A stretch of 60,958 nucleotides of DNA, counting the filler. It is 4 parts of 4 records of this genome, joined end to end, with 100 filler letters (N's around TTAATTAATTAA, not from the genome) between each part and the next. Parts side by side here need not be neighbours in the genome. Positions count along the whole stretch, not along the records: positions 15,236 to 40,507 come from SRR31156797_2306; positions 40,608 to 54,359 come from SRR31156797_2308; 2 more parts are not named here. One strand, 5' to 3'. Each line of letters begins with the position of its first letter. The stretch's first letter is position 1. Of the stretch, positions 32,453-42,321 are shown in pieces. The notes below the pieces were generated by a model. It searched no databases. It was given only the letters and a program-made list of their open reading frames with translations, and was not told where the DNA came from. The translations under genes were made by a program, and so were the position numbers.

Positions 32453-32716
32453 TTATTTCTTTCCGTCCAGGTGTTTTTTGTACCTGTTCTTAAATTTATC
32501 AACACGGCCCGCTGTATCCACGAGTTTCATTTTACCGGTGAAGAACGGATGTGAAGTATGAGAAATCTCAAGCTTAATTAACGGATACTCCTTGCCATCT
32601 TCCCACTCGGTGGTTTCTTTTGAATTGGCGGTCGATTTGGTGATAAATTTGTAACCATTCGACATATCCTGGAAAACTACGAACCTGTATTCTTTTGGAT
32701 GAATTCCTTTTTTCAT
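32453..32716 (-). CDS. rpmE2: 50S ribosomal protein L31 type B
   Basis: MKKGIHP...SHPFFTGK...DTAGRVDKF; no CxxC motifs. Confidence 0.95.
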   Translation of the reverse strand: MKKGIHPKEYRFVVFQDMSNGYKFITKSTANSKETTEWEDGKEYPLIKLEISHTSHPFFTGKMKLVDTAGRVDKFKNRYKKHLDGKK

Positions 32717-32826
32717 GATCTAAATACCTTTTAATTTTGGGCGGGCAAAAGTAGTAATTAATATTTCAAAAACAATAGGTTATTGCAAAATAATTTATTC
32801 TTGTTGAAAACTTTAACAAAAAATCA

Positions 32827-33882
32827 TCAGGAAAGTTCCTTCAAAAATTCAATTGTATCCACATTATCTGCATAGTTCCAAAGCTCAGGATGTTGACTTT
32901 TTCCGGGCTTGAGGGCTCCCGAAATTTGTTCTTCAACTGACACAATGCATTGAATATGATCATTGTGTGAAATGAGCAAGCTGTTTAAGTCTTCGATGTT
33001 TTCGTAATGCTCATAATGCACAACTGCAACCGGAGAAGCGTAAGCAGCATCTTCTTTCAGGATCAGAAAGCCATTGTCGAAATGAGGCGTGTTGTTAACA
33101 AGGTAAATCGATTTGTTGTAATCGTAATTATTTGTGTATTTGTGATTTTTACTCACCCAGCTATAGGGTTCAATGGATTTGAAAAATTCGTCAAAAGGGT
33201 AATCGCTGGGAAAAAATATTTTGGAAACATTTCTGCAACCCAGTCCAAAGTACCTGAAAATATCTTCGCCGAGGGCAGATAGTTGCTCTGGGGTTTCATT
33301 GCCGGTGATAACAGCAACACCATTGCGATTTTTACGGATGATGTTGGGGTATTTTCCGAAATAGTACTCAAAATACCTTGAAGTATTATTACTGCCGGTG
33401 GCGATAATAGCTTCAAAATCAGCAAGTTTTTCTTCTGTAAAAATGGCCTTGTCTTTAAATCCGGATTCAAGTTTCCCGAAAATCTGATGGATCAATGGCA
33501 GTAATATATTGTCCTCCGACGAAAGCTTTGCCAATAACCTGTTTCCGGTAACCATTACACACAAATAATCATGGAAACCAACAAGCGGTATATTTCCGGC
33601 CATCACCACTCCAATGGTTTTGTTTGGTTCACGATTAAAAATGCTTTCCGGATATTTATTAAGCCACTTTTCTATTTTGTGAGGTTCAAGGCTTTTACCG
33701 AGAGCACTGAGTGCAAACTTTACATTTTTTGGCGTAAACCAACCATTGGCTAAATGACTACTTTCAGCCAGCGTGTTTAGCTGATTCAGCTCCTTTTTTA
33801 TGCTGCGGTATTTGTCAGGATCCGGATTTCTAAGGATATCCCCAAGCTTAGCACATGCATTTATGCGGTCAGTTTGATTCAC
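32827..33882 (-). CDS. LuxC-like acyl-CoA reductase (Bacteroidota type)
   Basis: VMAGNIPLVGFHD, IATGSNNT and catalytic YFGLGCRNVSK motifs. Confidence 0.88.
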   Translation of the reverse strand: MNQTDRINACAKLGDILRNPDPDKYRSIKKELNQLNTLAESSHLANGWFTPKNVKFALSALGKSLEPHKIEKWLNKYPESIFNREPNKTIGVVMAGNIPLVGFHDYLCVMVTGNRLLAKLSSEDNILLPLIHQIFGKLESGFKDKAIFTEEKLADFEAIIATGSNNTSRYFEYYFGKYPNIIRKNRNGVAVITGNETPEQLSALGEDIFRYFGLGCRNVSKIFFPSDYPFDEFFKSIEPYSWVSKNHKYTNNYDYNKSIYLVNNTPHFDNGFLILKEDAAYASPVAVVHYEHYENIEDLNSLLISHNDHIQCIVSVEEQISGALKPGKSQHPELWNYADNVDTIEFLKELS

Positions 33883-34323
33883 GTCGCAATCATTTTTTGC
33901 AAATGTAAACTAAAATAGGGCTTGCTGAAAAACAACGATATTATATTGGAGGTTAATATTTCATTGCGCCCCCCTTACCAGACGAGGCAGGCGCAACGAC
34001 AAAGTTTGCAGAAAACTGATTTAATCACATTAATTTTTGCACTTTTAAAGCATTTTGAGACGAATCATCGAACATTTGGGTTTACAAGTTTTGTCAACAA
34101 TGGCTGATGCTGAATTGGTTTGCATTCAGTTGATTGGAACTTCCGTACGATTCATTGATATTGATCAATCAGGAATACAAAATGAATTTTAGGTTAAACT
34201 GATATTTTTTTTCATAAAGTCTTGTTTATTTCAAAAACTGCAATCTATATTTGCCTGCTGATCTTAACATCAGGATTTAAGCCAAAATCAGTAAAACAAT
34301 AGCTATAAAACAATTAAAACCAA

Positions 34324-34629
34324 ATGGTTAAGAAAAGGGTCATTAAAAACATCGATAAAATTTCAGATGAGGTCAGGGAAGCCATCCGGGAAAAATATCC
34401 CGACGGGTGGCACAACCAGGTGATTCGGATCAACAAAGGTGACAACACATTTTTTCATGCCATTACTGTGGAAACCGAAGATACCTCCTACATGATCAAG
34501 GTCAACGTAAAGGTTGATTCTATCGAAGAACTTGAAAAACTGGAGAGTCAGGATGATGACTATGGCGACGATGATGACACCATCGCCGGCGGAGAAGAGG
34601 ATATCAAGGACCTCTCTGAAGAAGATTAA
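34324..34629 (+). CDS. Small conserved protein with acidic C-terminal tail
   Basis: KRVIKNIDKI...EKYPDG...TEDTSYMIKV followed by a D/E-rich tail; own TATATTTG promoter box. Confidence 0.75.
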   Translation: MVKKRVIKNIDKISDEVREAIREKYPDGWHNQVIRINKGDNTFFHAITVETEDTSYMIKVNVKVDSIEELEKLESQDDDYGDDDDTIAGGEEDIKDLSEED

Positions 34630-34810
34630 TAAATAGTAACTACCCATCACGACTTTCCGGTTAACATCTCCAACAGGAATTTGTGATTTTGCTTTTAAGC
34701 AATCCCACAACCTGCTGTAACAACCTTCATTGTTAAAGTTTTCTAAATCTTTATTCATCACATCTGCTGTAGGATAATCCCTGTAATTTTGCGCATTCAA
34801 AATCAGAAAA

Positions 34811-35791
34811 ATGCTTTGTATTCAAAGAGATCATACCAACCCATATTTTAATATTGCCGCGGAGGAATATGTTTTAAAGGAGTTTACAGAAGATGTATTT
34901 ATGCTTTGGCGAAACAACCCCTGCATTATTGTGGGCAAGCATCAAAATACACTTGCCGAGATAAATCTCGATTACATCACCAAAAATAACATCCCGGTGG
35001 TGAGAAGGATTACAGGTGGGGGAACTGTTTTTCACGATCTTGGAAACCTGAACTTTACATTTGTGCAAAATGGTAAACCTGAGGAGCTGGTTAATTTCAG
35101 GAAGTTCACACAACCCATTATTGATGTGCTTCAAAAGCTTGGAATAGAAGCCAGGTTTGAGGGTAGAAACGATCTTACCATAAAAGGAAAGAAATTTTCA
35201 GGTAATGCCGAGCATGTACATAAAAATCGTGTGTTACATCATGGGACTTTACTTTTCTCAGCGCAGCTGGGTCATCTCAACGACGCATTAAAAGTGAGCC
35301 CTGAGAAGTTTAAAGATAAGGCCGTGAAGTCGGTAAGGAGCCGTGTGACCAATATTACAGAGCACCTTGAATCAGAAATGTCAGTGCTTGAATTCAGGGA
35401 TAAGATATTAGAACATATCCAGGCGTCATATCCTGAAATGAAGGTCGTTAGCTTTAGCAATGCTGATGAGGCGAAAATCAATGCTCTTGCCCAGGAAAAA
35501 TACAAAACCTGGGAGTGGAATTTTGGCTATTCACCAAAGTATAATTTTGAAACCAGGGTGAAGGCCAATGGAGGTAATATTCAGTATCACCTGGAAGTAA
35601 AAAACGGAATCATCAGGAGTGCTAAAATTTATGGGGACTATTTTAGCATGCTTCCCACCGCAGAAGTAGAGGCGTTGCTGATCGATCAACCTCATGATAA
35701 GAACGCTATCCATAATCGGCTGAAAGATGTTGAGGTTGGTAAATATTTTAAAAATGTGACCCTGGAAGAGTTTGTAAATGGCATGTTTTAG
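34811..35791 (+). CDS. lplA: Lipoate-protein ligase A
   Basis: PYFNIAAEE, VRRITGGGTVFHDLGNLN, KFSGNA, HHGTLL and KSVRSRV motifs. Confidence 0.94.
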   Translation: MLCIQRDHTNPYFNIAAEEYVLKEFTEDVFMLWRNNPCIIVGKHQNTLAEINLDYITKNNIPVVRRITGGGTVFHDLGNLNFTFVQNGKPEELVNFRKFTQPIIDVLQKLGIEARFEGRNDLTIKGKKFSGNAEHVHKNRVLHHGTLLFSAQLGHLNDALKVSPEKFKDKAVKSVRSRVTNITEHLESEMSVLEFRDKILEHIQASYPEMKVVSFSNADEAKINALAQEKYKTWEWNFGYSPKYNFETRVKANGGNIQYHLEVKNGIIRSAKIYGDYFSMLPTAEVEALLIDQPHDKNAIHNRLKDVEVGKYFKNVTLEEFVNGMF

Positions 35792-35837
35792 CCCGTATTT
35801 GAAATATTGAAAAATAACCATAAAACACAGATACATT

Positions 35838-36650
35838 ATGAATAAGGAAGAACTATTTAAAAAACTCTGGGAAATATACACCACTCAAAATCCTTCAGTA
35901 CAAAGGGTTTATAATCTTTTTGTGAAGGAAGGTGAAACGGTTGAAAACGATCACATTGCCTTCAGGACTTATGACGATCCGAGAGTAAATGTGGATGTAC
36001 TGGCAAAACCATTTTTGGCTGCTGGATACGAAGAAAAAGGTGATTATCAATTTGAAGCTAAAAAATTATATGCCAAGCATTTCGAACACAAGACCGATGA
36101 AAAGGCGCCACGTGTTTTTATTAGCCAGCTAAAAACTGCTGAGTTCAGTGACTTTTTACAGGAAACCGTGAAGCGTATAATTGATAAAGTGCCTGAAGAT
36201 ATGCTAAAATCAGATGAATTGATTTTTAGCGGAAATTCATGGGAAACACCCTCTTACGAGGTTTACCGGCAACTTCGTGATGAATCGGAATATGCCGGAT
36301 GGCTATATGTTTACGGATTCTGTGCAAACCATTTTACGGTGAGTATCAATTATTTGGAAAAACTGGATTCGATACAGAAGGTGAACCGGTTTTTGAAAGA
36401 CAATGGTTTCCTGATCAACGATTCCGGTGGAGAAATTAAAGGTACGCCTGAAGAACTGCTCGAACAATCCAGTATAAAATCGGAGATAGTTGGTGTTGAT
36501 TTCCAGGAAGGTTCCTTCGAGGTCCCGGGGTGTTATTATGAGTTTGCGCGCCGATACCCGGATAAGGAAGGCAACCTCTATTCAGGGTTTATCGCCAAAT
36601 CCGCCGACAAAATTTTCGAGAGCACGGATTATTATAAAAAGGATTTATAA
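35838..36650 (+). CDS. DUF1338 protein (2-oxoadipate dioxygenase/decarboxylase HglS-like superfamily)
   Basis: NDHIAFRT, ESEYAGW, ANHFT, LLEQSS and YYEFARR motifs. Confidence 0.85.
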   Translation: MNKEELFKKLWEIYTTQNPSVQRVYNLFVKEGETVENDHIAFRTYDDPRVNVDVLAKPFLAAGYEEKGDYQFEAKKLYAKHFEHKTDEKAPRVFISQLKTAEFSDFLQETVKRIIDKVPEDMLKSDELIFSGNSWETPSYEVYRQLRDESEYAGWLYVYGFCANHFTVSINYLEKLDSIQKVNRFLKDNGFLINDSGGEIKGTPEELLEQSSIKSEIVGVDFQEGSFEVPGCYYEFARRYPDKEGNLYSGFIAKSADKIFESTDYYKKDL

Positions 36651-36684
36651 AATACCGCTGCTGAAAAAGCATAGTTGGTTGGAA

Positions 36685-36745
36685 AGCCAAATACCACAGG
36701 CTCAATCGTTGGGTGAGCCAAATACCACAGGCTTCAACCTGTGGT
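36685..36745. repeat. Tandem REP-like repeat with hairpin
   Basis: AGCCAAATACCACAGGCT at 36685 and 36716; the second copy completes the hairpin ACCACAGG-CTTCAA-CCTGTGGT. Confidence 0.7.
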
Positions 36746-36778
36746 TTCCGGGGAAAAGAAAAAATAACACTCCGGGTT

Positions 36779-37933
36779 TTAGCCCTTTTTTGACTGGGGT
36801 TTTTTAATCCCCTTCTCCTTTTCTAATTGCTCCGAAAGCCCAAAATCAAACGGACGTTTTTTGTCGCCGGCAACATAAACGGTTTGTGTCGGGAAAGCGA
36901 AGTCTATGCCTGCAGCATTGAACTGGCGGACAATCTCAAAGTTTACTTTTTCAGAATATGCCATATACTGCCAGAAATCCGGTGGATGATACCAGTACAA
37001 TACCAGGATATTCAGCGAGTCGCTGTTCAGGTTATTAAAGTGGACACGCGGTGGTAAATCAGGGTTCATGCCTTCGTGGTTATCCAGAATTTTGCGGATA
37101 ATGTCGATACCTTCCTGAATTTTGTGTGGGGGCGTGTCGTAGGTTACTGTAATATTTGCCAGCCGGCGGATGTATGGCCTTTTACCAATGTTTTGAATTG
37201 TACGGTTTGCCAGTTCACCATTAGGGATCGTAACCAGATGGCCCTCAAGTGTCCTTATAGCTGTACTTCTCAACCCGATAGCCTCAACGGGTCCGTCATG
37301 TCCGTCAACAACTACACGGTCGCCAATTTCAAAGGGCTTGTCACCCGCAATCACAAATGATCCGATAAAATGTTTCAGGGTATCCTGGGCGGCCAGGGCC
37401 AGGGCAAGCGATCCGATTCCAAGGCCCGCGATGATGGTCGCTACGGGTTTGTCGGCAATTATTTGTACAATTTGCAGGATAGCCAGAATAATCACTATCA
37501 GGCGAATACTCTTTTTTATCACAGGTACAAACATTTTATTTACGCTCGTTTTATGCTTTTCAACCTGTTTCTCAAACCAAATGCTGGGCACGTCTGCAAG
37601 CTGGTAAATGAAATAACCGATACCCATTACGATAATGATGCCCCGGGTTGTAATTACAAACGTATGCCAGCCTTCCGGAAAATGTAGTATGGTAAAGCCA
37701 ATCACAAAACCGGCAGTAACGAGCAACACAGGCACTGAGGAAGCTACTGATCGAAGGAACGCTGCGTAAATATCATTGTCAGCAACCAAATGTTTTTGCG
37801 ATATTTTATTTATCAACCGTCTCATCAAAGTGCCAATCAGGAACAAAACAATGATAATTATGGCCATGAATATGAAACGGGACAGTGTACTTGCTTGCGA
37901 TAAATCTATTATCTGGTCGATATATTCCTGCAT
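36779..37933 (-). CDS. mscS: Small-conductance mechanosensitive channel
   Basis: AGLGIGSLALALAAQDTL, DKPFEIGD, GLRST, IPNG and GIDFAFPT motifs. Confidence 0.9.
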   Translation of the reverse strand: MQEYIDQIIDLSQASTLSRFIFMAIIIIVLFLIGTLMRRLINKISQKHLVADNDIYAAFLRSVASSVPVLLVTAGFVIGFTILHFPEGWHTFVITTRGIIIVMGIGYFIYQLADVPSIWFEKQVEKHKTSVNKMFVPVIKKSIRLIVIILAILQIVQIIADKPVATIIAGLGIGSLALALAAQDTLKHFIGSFVIAGDKPFEIGDRVVVDGHDGPVEAIGLRSTAIRTLEGHLVTIPNGELANRTIQNIGKRPYIRRLANITVTYDTPPHKIQEGIDIIRKILDNHEGMNPDLPPRVHFNNLNSDSLNILVLYWYHPPDFWQYMAYSEKVNFEIVRQFNAAGIDFAFPTQTVYVAGDKKRPFDFGLSEQLEKEKGIKKPQSKKG

Positions 37934-38090
37934 GGTTACATTTTTAAGAATCTACAGAACTAAACACATTACAATTCGCAATTGTTGAATATTACGATTA
38001 AGTCATTAAAAATCACCCGGGAAAACGGGAGTCAGGATGCTTTATCAAGTCTTTTGGCAGGGTGTTTATTTTTCGTTAAAAAGATGTAAT

Positions 38091-40286
38091 TTACATTTCT
38101 CTCATTTTAAGGTTTATTTCCGTTTTGATGCCCTCCAGTTCAAGGATCAGTGGTTTGAAAATCCAGATCAATGTGGAATTTTGCCACAGCTGTGAAATGC
38201 TTTCACTTACTTCACCATGCCCGTATTTTATCGCTCTGAAAGTAGTCCTTAGTTTCTCAAAATCAGACCGAAGGTCAGGAAAGTCATTCACATTGCTGGG
38301 GGTTTGTAATGCTGAAATTAAATCATTAAAAGCTCTTTGAATGCTTGTAGAAAACGCTTTTAGCTCAATATAGAAATTTTCATTTTTTTTACTTAATACA
38401 CAATCTCGTGTAATCGAATCCATGGTTTGTAACGTGTTGAGCATTCGCATGATATATGAGCGGATATTAAGACCATGGACAATGACATTCTCCTGGAGTA
38501 TCTCATTTTTAGTGGCTTCAATGGTATCGTTTAATTGCTGGATTTGATTCCTGATTTCCTGTTTTTCCAAAACCGAAACCTTTGGCGACCCGCTTTCATA
38601 GAACGAACCCATTGTTTTTGTGAAGAATTGTTTTTCCAGCTCCAGGGCGCCGGCCAGTGTCAGTGCAAACCGGTTTCGGGCTTTTTCGGGCCAAATCAGG
38701 AAGGACGCCACTATTACAAAAAGTACAATCGCAGCGGTGTATAGTATTCTTAACCAAACAAGGTTCCCGTCGTCAGGGTAAAGTAAATAAAAAATGCCAA
38801 TGATAAGCATGGTCATGAAGGTGACCATTGGGATCATCCGGTTAATGTTGATAAACCAAAGCATGAGAAATGCATTCAACAGTAAAAATGCAAAATAAAA
38901 TATACTTCCGGAAGGAACAACAGAAACAAATCCCAGGGCCAGTAAGCTCCCTGCAACTGTGCCTATCACGCGCTCTTTTCCTACCTTGATCGATATCCCC
39001 AGGTTTGGCCTGATGAGCAGCACAGCGAACAGCACGAGCCAGTATCCATAATTAGGCTCGAGAAATAACGACCAGGCCATGGTTCCCCCAATAATCAGGG
39101 TTGATCGAACTCCCAGTTTGAATGCAGCATTGGCAGGTTTAAAATTGTGCAATGATAATTGTGTACTCCTGATGAAGGATCTCAATTTCGATTTGACCGA
39201 AAATGCCTGGACAACATTTGAATGTTGGTCTGCTGGATGCTCAATATCTGCCAGCAGGGTTTCAAGCGCTTTAAGTGCATTGATAACTGCCACCCATTCA
39301 GCATGTGTGGCCGGTGTATATTGTTTTTTTATGGTTTCAAGGTTTTTATCAAACATTTCCCTGATAATTACCTTCTGTTTATTCAGCTTTAAATCACTGG
39401 GTTTGATAATAGATGGGTTGTGCCTGTGGATTAAATATTGGAGGGCGCTTTCGAACTGGTCATTTTGTAATATTTTATTTTTAAAAATCCCGGATTCCCA
39501 AACAGTCACCCTGAACTGCCAGAGCAGGATAAGGTATTCGTATATTTTTTCCAGACCGGCGTAAATGTCCAGGTAGCGATTTTCGGTGGTACTTTTCGTT
39601 TTGGTGTCAAATCCGAATAATTCCCAAAGACGCCGGAAATCGCCAATAGATTGTCTTACTTTATCGCTTAGATCCTGGGTGGCCTGCATTCCTGACTCCG
39701 GATCAGGATAACCAGTAATGATTGCACTCCTGTATTCAACCATGTTTTTGGTAATGATCTCAATCTGGGTTTTCATTCGTTTTCGCGGCCTGGTGGGCCA
39801 CAGGATAAAATGCAAGGTATATACCAGGGTTAAATTCAAAACAAATAAACCGGTAAAACTTAAGCCGGATTCAAAATCATACGCAAATGCCATTTCCACC
39901 ACACTTAAGGCAAGTATGGAAACAGCCGGAAAATCGGGTACGATGCGATTCCCGATGAGGAAGAATACAACAAATGATGCTAACACTACAAAGGCTAATG
40001 CAGTCCATTGGTTTTGTGAAATCAGGGCAACAGGTACCGAAAGTATGGTCATTACAGCACCGGTTGTAAGCATGGTAAAGCGCCTTTCCTGGATTGTGAA
40101 ACCAGCCTGTGAACGACTGAAAAGCATGGACGTTATAGCAGAAAACATGGCCATACCGGGTGTTTCCCGGAAGATAGTCATTGATATTAAAATGGCTAAA
40201 AAAGTTTTGAAACTCCTTTTCAGGGCCAGATGACCAGGGTCAAGTTTATCTATCCAGGCAAAAATTGACCTTAAGCTTGTTTTCAT
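38091..40286 (-). CDS. FUSC/ArAE family membrane protein
   Basis: Two TM blocks; GYWLVLFAVLLIRP and ERVIGTVAGS motifs. Confidence 0.82.
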   Translation of the reverse strand: MKTSLRSIFAWIDKLDPGHLALKRSFKTFLAILISMTIFRETPGMAMFSAITSMLFSRSQAGFTIQERRFTMLTTGAVMTILSVPVALISQNQWTALAFVVLASFVVFFLIGNRIVPDFPAVSILALSVVEMAFAYDFESGLSFTGLFVLNLTLVYTLHFILWPTRPRKRMKTQIEIITKNMVEYRSAIITGYPDPESGMQATQDLSDKVRQSIGDFRRLWELFGFDTKTKSTTENRYLDIYAGLEKIYEYLILLWQFRVTVWESGIFKNKILQNDQFESALQYLIHRHNPSIIKPSDLKLNKQKVIIREMFDKNLETIKKQYTPATHAEWVAVINALKALETLLADIEHPADQHSNVVQAFSVKSKLRSFIRSTQLSLHNFKPANAAFKLGVRSTLIIGGTMAWSLFLEPNYGYWLVLFAVLLIRPNLGISIKVGKERVIGTVAGSLLALGFVSVVPSGSIFYFAFLLLNAFLMLWFININRMIPMVTFMTMLIIGIFYLLYPDDGNLVWLRILYTAAIVLFVIVASFLIWPEKARNRFALTLAGALELEKQFFTKTMGSFYESGSPKVSVLEKQEIRNQIQQLNDTIEATKNEILQENVIVHGLNIRSYIMRMLNTLQTMDSITRDCVLSKKNENFYIELKAFSTSIQRAFNDLISALQTPSNVNDFPDLRSDFEKLRTTFRAIKYGHGEVSESISQLWQNSTLIWIFKPLILELEGIKTEINLKMREM

Positions 40287-40384
40287 TAGATTCAGTAATG
40301 GTTTCCGTCAAAATTAGGCAAATACGATATACTGACGGCAGATGCATTAAAAACCCTTTATTCCCCGTATTGTTACCCCCGTAC

Positions 40385-40424
40385 AAAACAAAAGCCCTGA
40401 AAACTTTCGTTATCAAGGCTTTGT
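40385..40424 (-). terminator. Hairpin/terminator downstream of tRNA-Leu
   Basis: Minus strand AAAGCCTTGATAAC-GAAA-GTTTTCAGGGCTTTTGTTTT. Confidence 0.65.
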
Positions 40425-40436
40425 GAATTATACTTG

Positions 40437-40507
40437 TGCCCAGAACAGGAATCGAACCTGCACTCTCTTGCGAGAACTAGTCCCTGAAACTAGCGCGTCT
40501 ACCAATT
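40437..40507 (-). tRNA. tRNA-Leu(CAG), 5' end cut by the contig edge
   Basis: Minus strand AATTGGTAGACGCG-CTAGT-TTCAGGG-ACTAG, long variable arm, GCAGGTTCGATTCCTGT T-arm, TCTGGGCA acceptor; CCA not encoded. Confidence 0.93.
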
Positions 40508-40607
40508 NNNNNNNNNNNNNNNNNNNNNNNNNNNNNNNNNNNNNNNNNNNNTTAATTAATTAANNNNNNNNNNNNNNNNNNNNNNNNNNNNNNNNNNNNN
40601 NNNNNNN
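40508..40607. other. Artificial contig linker
   Basis: N44-TTAATTAATTAA-N44. Confidence 0.97.
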
Positions 40608-40703
40608 GTCTATCCGGATGATGGCGATCTCCACGATTCTGTCGCTGTCTCTGAAGCCTGTGGTCTCCACATCGACGACGGCGACTCCTATCTCTTTGCC
40701 CAT
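40608..40703 (-). CDS. DEDDh 3'-5' exonuclease (DnaQ-like), N-terminal fragment; not in the ORF track
   Basis: Hand translation MGKEIGVAVVDVETTGFRDSDRIVEIAIIRID with ExoI motif DxETTG; GAGG RBS upstream. Confidence 0.85.
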
Positions 40704-40888
40704 GACTGCTTTCCTCATTGAGGGCATTATCGACGGAATCGGAGGGTTTGAGAAGATGTTCCTCAGAAAGGGGCTGCCTCAGGGGGAACCGTTTTGGGGA
40801 TTATGTCCGGAAGGGTTGTACAAATCTTCCAACTGTACGGCTCGGTCAGGGGAGAGGATAATAATTGCAAAGTACAAAGGAGGACGTA

Positions 40889-42226
40889 ATGAGAAGATCA
40901 CTGCGTTGCATACTGGCACTGTTTATTATGGTTTTCAGTGCGGGAGTTGTTTTTTCAGAAGGAAAAAAGGAGGAGGCCCTTGACGGCAAGAAGGCACTGA
41001 ACATCTCCTGGTTTGAAGGGGGCTATGGACGGGACTACCTCGACTATGCCGTAGAGCTGTTTAAAAAGGACCATCCCGATACGGAGGTCGTGATGGACGT
41101 CAGCCCCAAGAATCACGAGCAGCTTCGCGTGAGGATGATCTCAGGCAATGCGCCGGATATCTTTCTGGCCAATGAATCGTTCATGGACTACTTCGCGCTG
41201 ATCAACGACGATCAGCTGATGCCGCTGAACGCTCTGCTGGACACGGCGGCTCCCGGAGGAGAGGGGACGTTCGGCGATATGTTCCTGCCCGGGATCCTGG
41301 ATGCCGGAAAGAAAAACGGCAACTATTATCTGGCGCCCATATTCAATATGTTTCACGGCCTGTGGTACAGCAAATCCGAATTCGACAGGCAGCGTTGGCA
41401 GGCCCCTCGGGACTATAATGAGCTCCTGGCGGTCTCCCGGTCCATAGAGAAGAGCGGAGACATGGCGGCCTTTACCTATCAGGGCATCTATCCCCAGTAT
41501 CCCCTGCGCACCTTCTTCCTGCCTTCCGTAGGGGTTTACGGCGGAATGGAGGCTCTCAAGGATCTGAACAATCTCGAGCCCGGTGCATGGAAGAGCGAGG
41601 CTGTTCTGAAGGCAGCCCGCGACTTCAGGGATTACTTCCGCGATTACGGCATGGACGGCACTCTCGCATTGAACCACACGCAGGCCCAGATGGAGTTCAT
41701 CAACGGCAGAGCGGCTATGATTCCCTGCGGGACCTGGCTGGATAATGAGATGAAGGGCAACTGGCCGGACGGCTTCGACCTGCGCTATCTGCTTCCCCCC
41801 ATGAAGCGGAGCAGCGATGATGAGAACTATGTGGTTATGCAGGTCATGTTTATGGCCATCCCCTCCCAGGCTACCAATCCCGAGGCCGCTGGAGATTTTA
41901 TGAAGCTGATGTACTCGAAAGAACTGAGGGCTTACCTGGCAGAGCATTCCGGCGCGGTCATGCCCATTCGGAACAGCACTGAGGGAATCGAGGATAAGCT
42001 CTCTCCCGTTCTCGTGGATGCCAGCAGGCAGTTGAACGCTGAGGATCTGAATACCTACTTCGCTTCCTGGAGACTCTGGTATAAGCCCCTGTTCAAGAAG
42101 GTCCGGGACTCAATGACCGAGATGGTTGTTGAGAAAATAACTCCCGAAGAGTTCTGCGAAGAGGTGGAAAAGGAAGCCGAGCGCATCCGGAACGCCCCGG
42201 ATATCGTAAAATACAGGATGAACTGA
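40889..42226 (+). CDS. Carbohydrate ABC transporter substrate-binding protein (NgcE-like)
   Basis: ATG 40889 after AAGGAGG; signal peptide ending VFSEGKKE, as in spirochaete SBPs; FEGGYG, NHTQAQMEF and IPCGTWLDNEM motifs. Confidence 0.88.
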   Translation: MRRSLRCILALFIMVFSAGVVFSEGKKEEALDGKKALNISWFEGGYGRDYLDYAVELFKKDHPDTEVVMDVSPKNHEQLRVRMISGNAPDIFLANESFMDYFALINDDQLMPLNALLDTAAPGGEGTFGDMFLPGILDAGKKNGNYYLAPIFNMFHGLWYSKSEFDRQRWQAPRDYNELLAVSRSIEKSGDMAAFTYQGIYPQYPLRTFFLPSVGVYGGMEALKDLNNLEPGAWKSEAVLKAARDFRDYFRDYGMDGTLALNHTQAQMEFINGRAAMIPCGTWLDNEMKGNWPDGFDLRYLLPPMKRSSDDENYVVMQVMFMAIPSQATNPEAAGDFMKLMYSKELRAYLAEHSGAVMPIRNSTEGIEDKLSPVLVDASRQLNAEDLNTYFASWRLWYKPLFKKVRDSMTEMVVEKITPEEFCEEVEKEAERIRNAPDIVKYRMN

Positions 42227-42237
42227 TGCCTGTTTCC

Positions 42238-42261
42238 GGCGGGAGCCGTCCGGTTCCCGCC
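42238..42261 (+). other. Intercistronic hairpin after the SBP gene
   Basis: GGCGGGAGCC-GTCC-GGTTCCCGCC. Confidence 0.6.
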
Positions 42262-42321
42262 GTCTTCTTATTCCGATTATTTCAAATCGATTACTGGATT
42301 GAATCCGTATGAGGGTTATTT

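Noticed and set aside
36685-36733. Possible mini-CRISPR
   Set aside because: Only two 18-bp repeats with a 13-bp gap; no cas genes; no CRISPR array seen anywhere in the window
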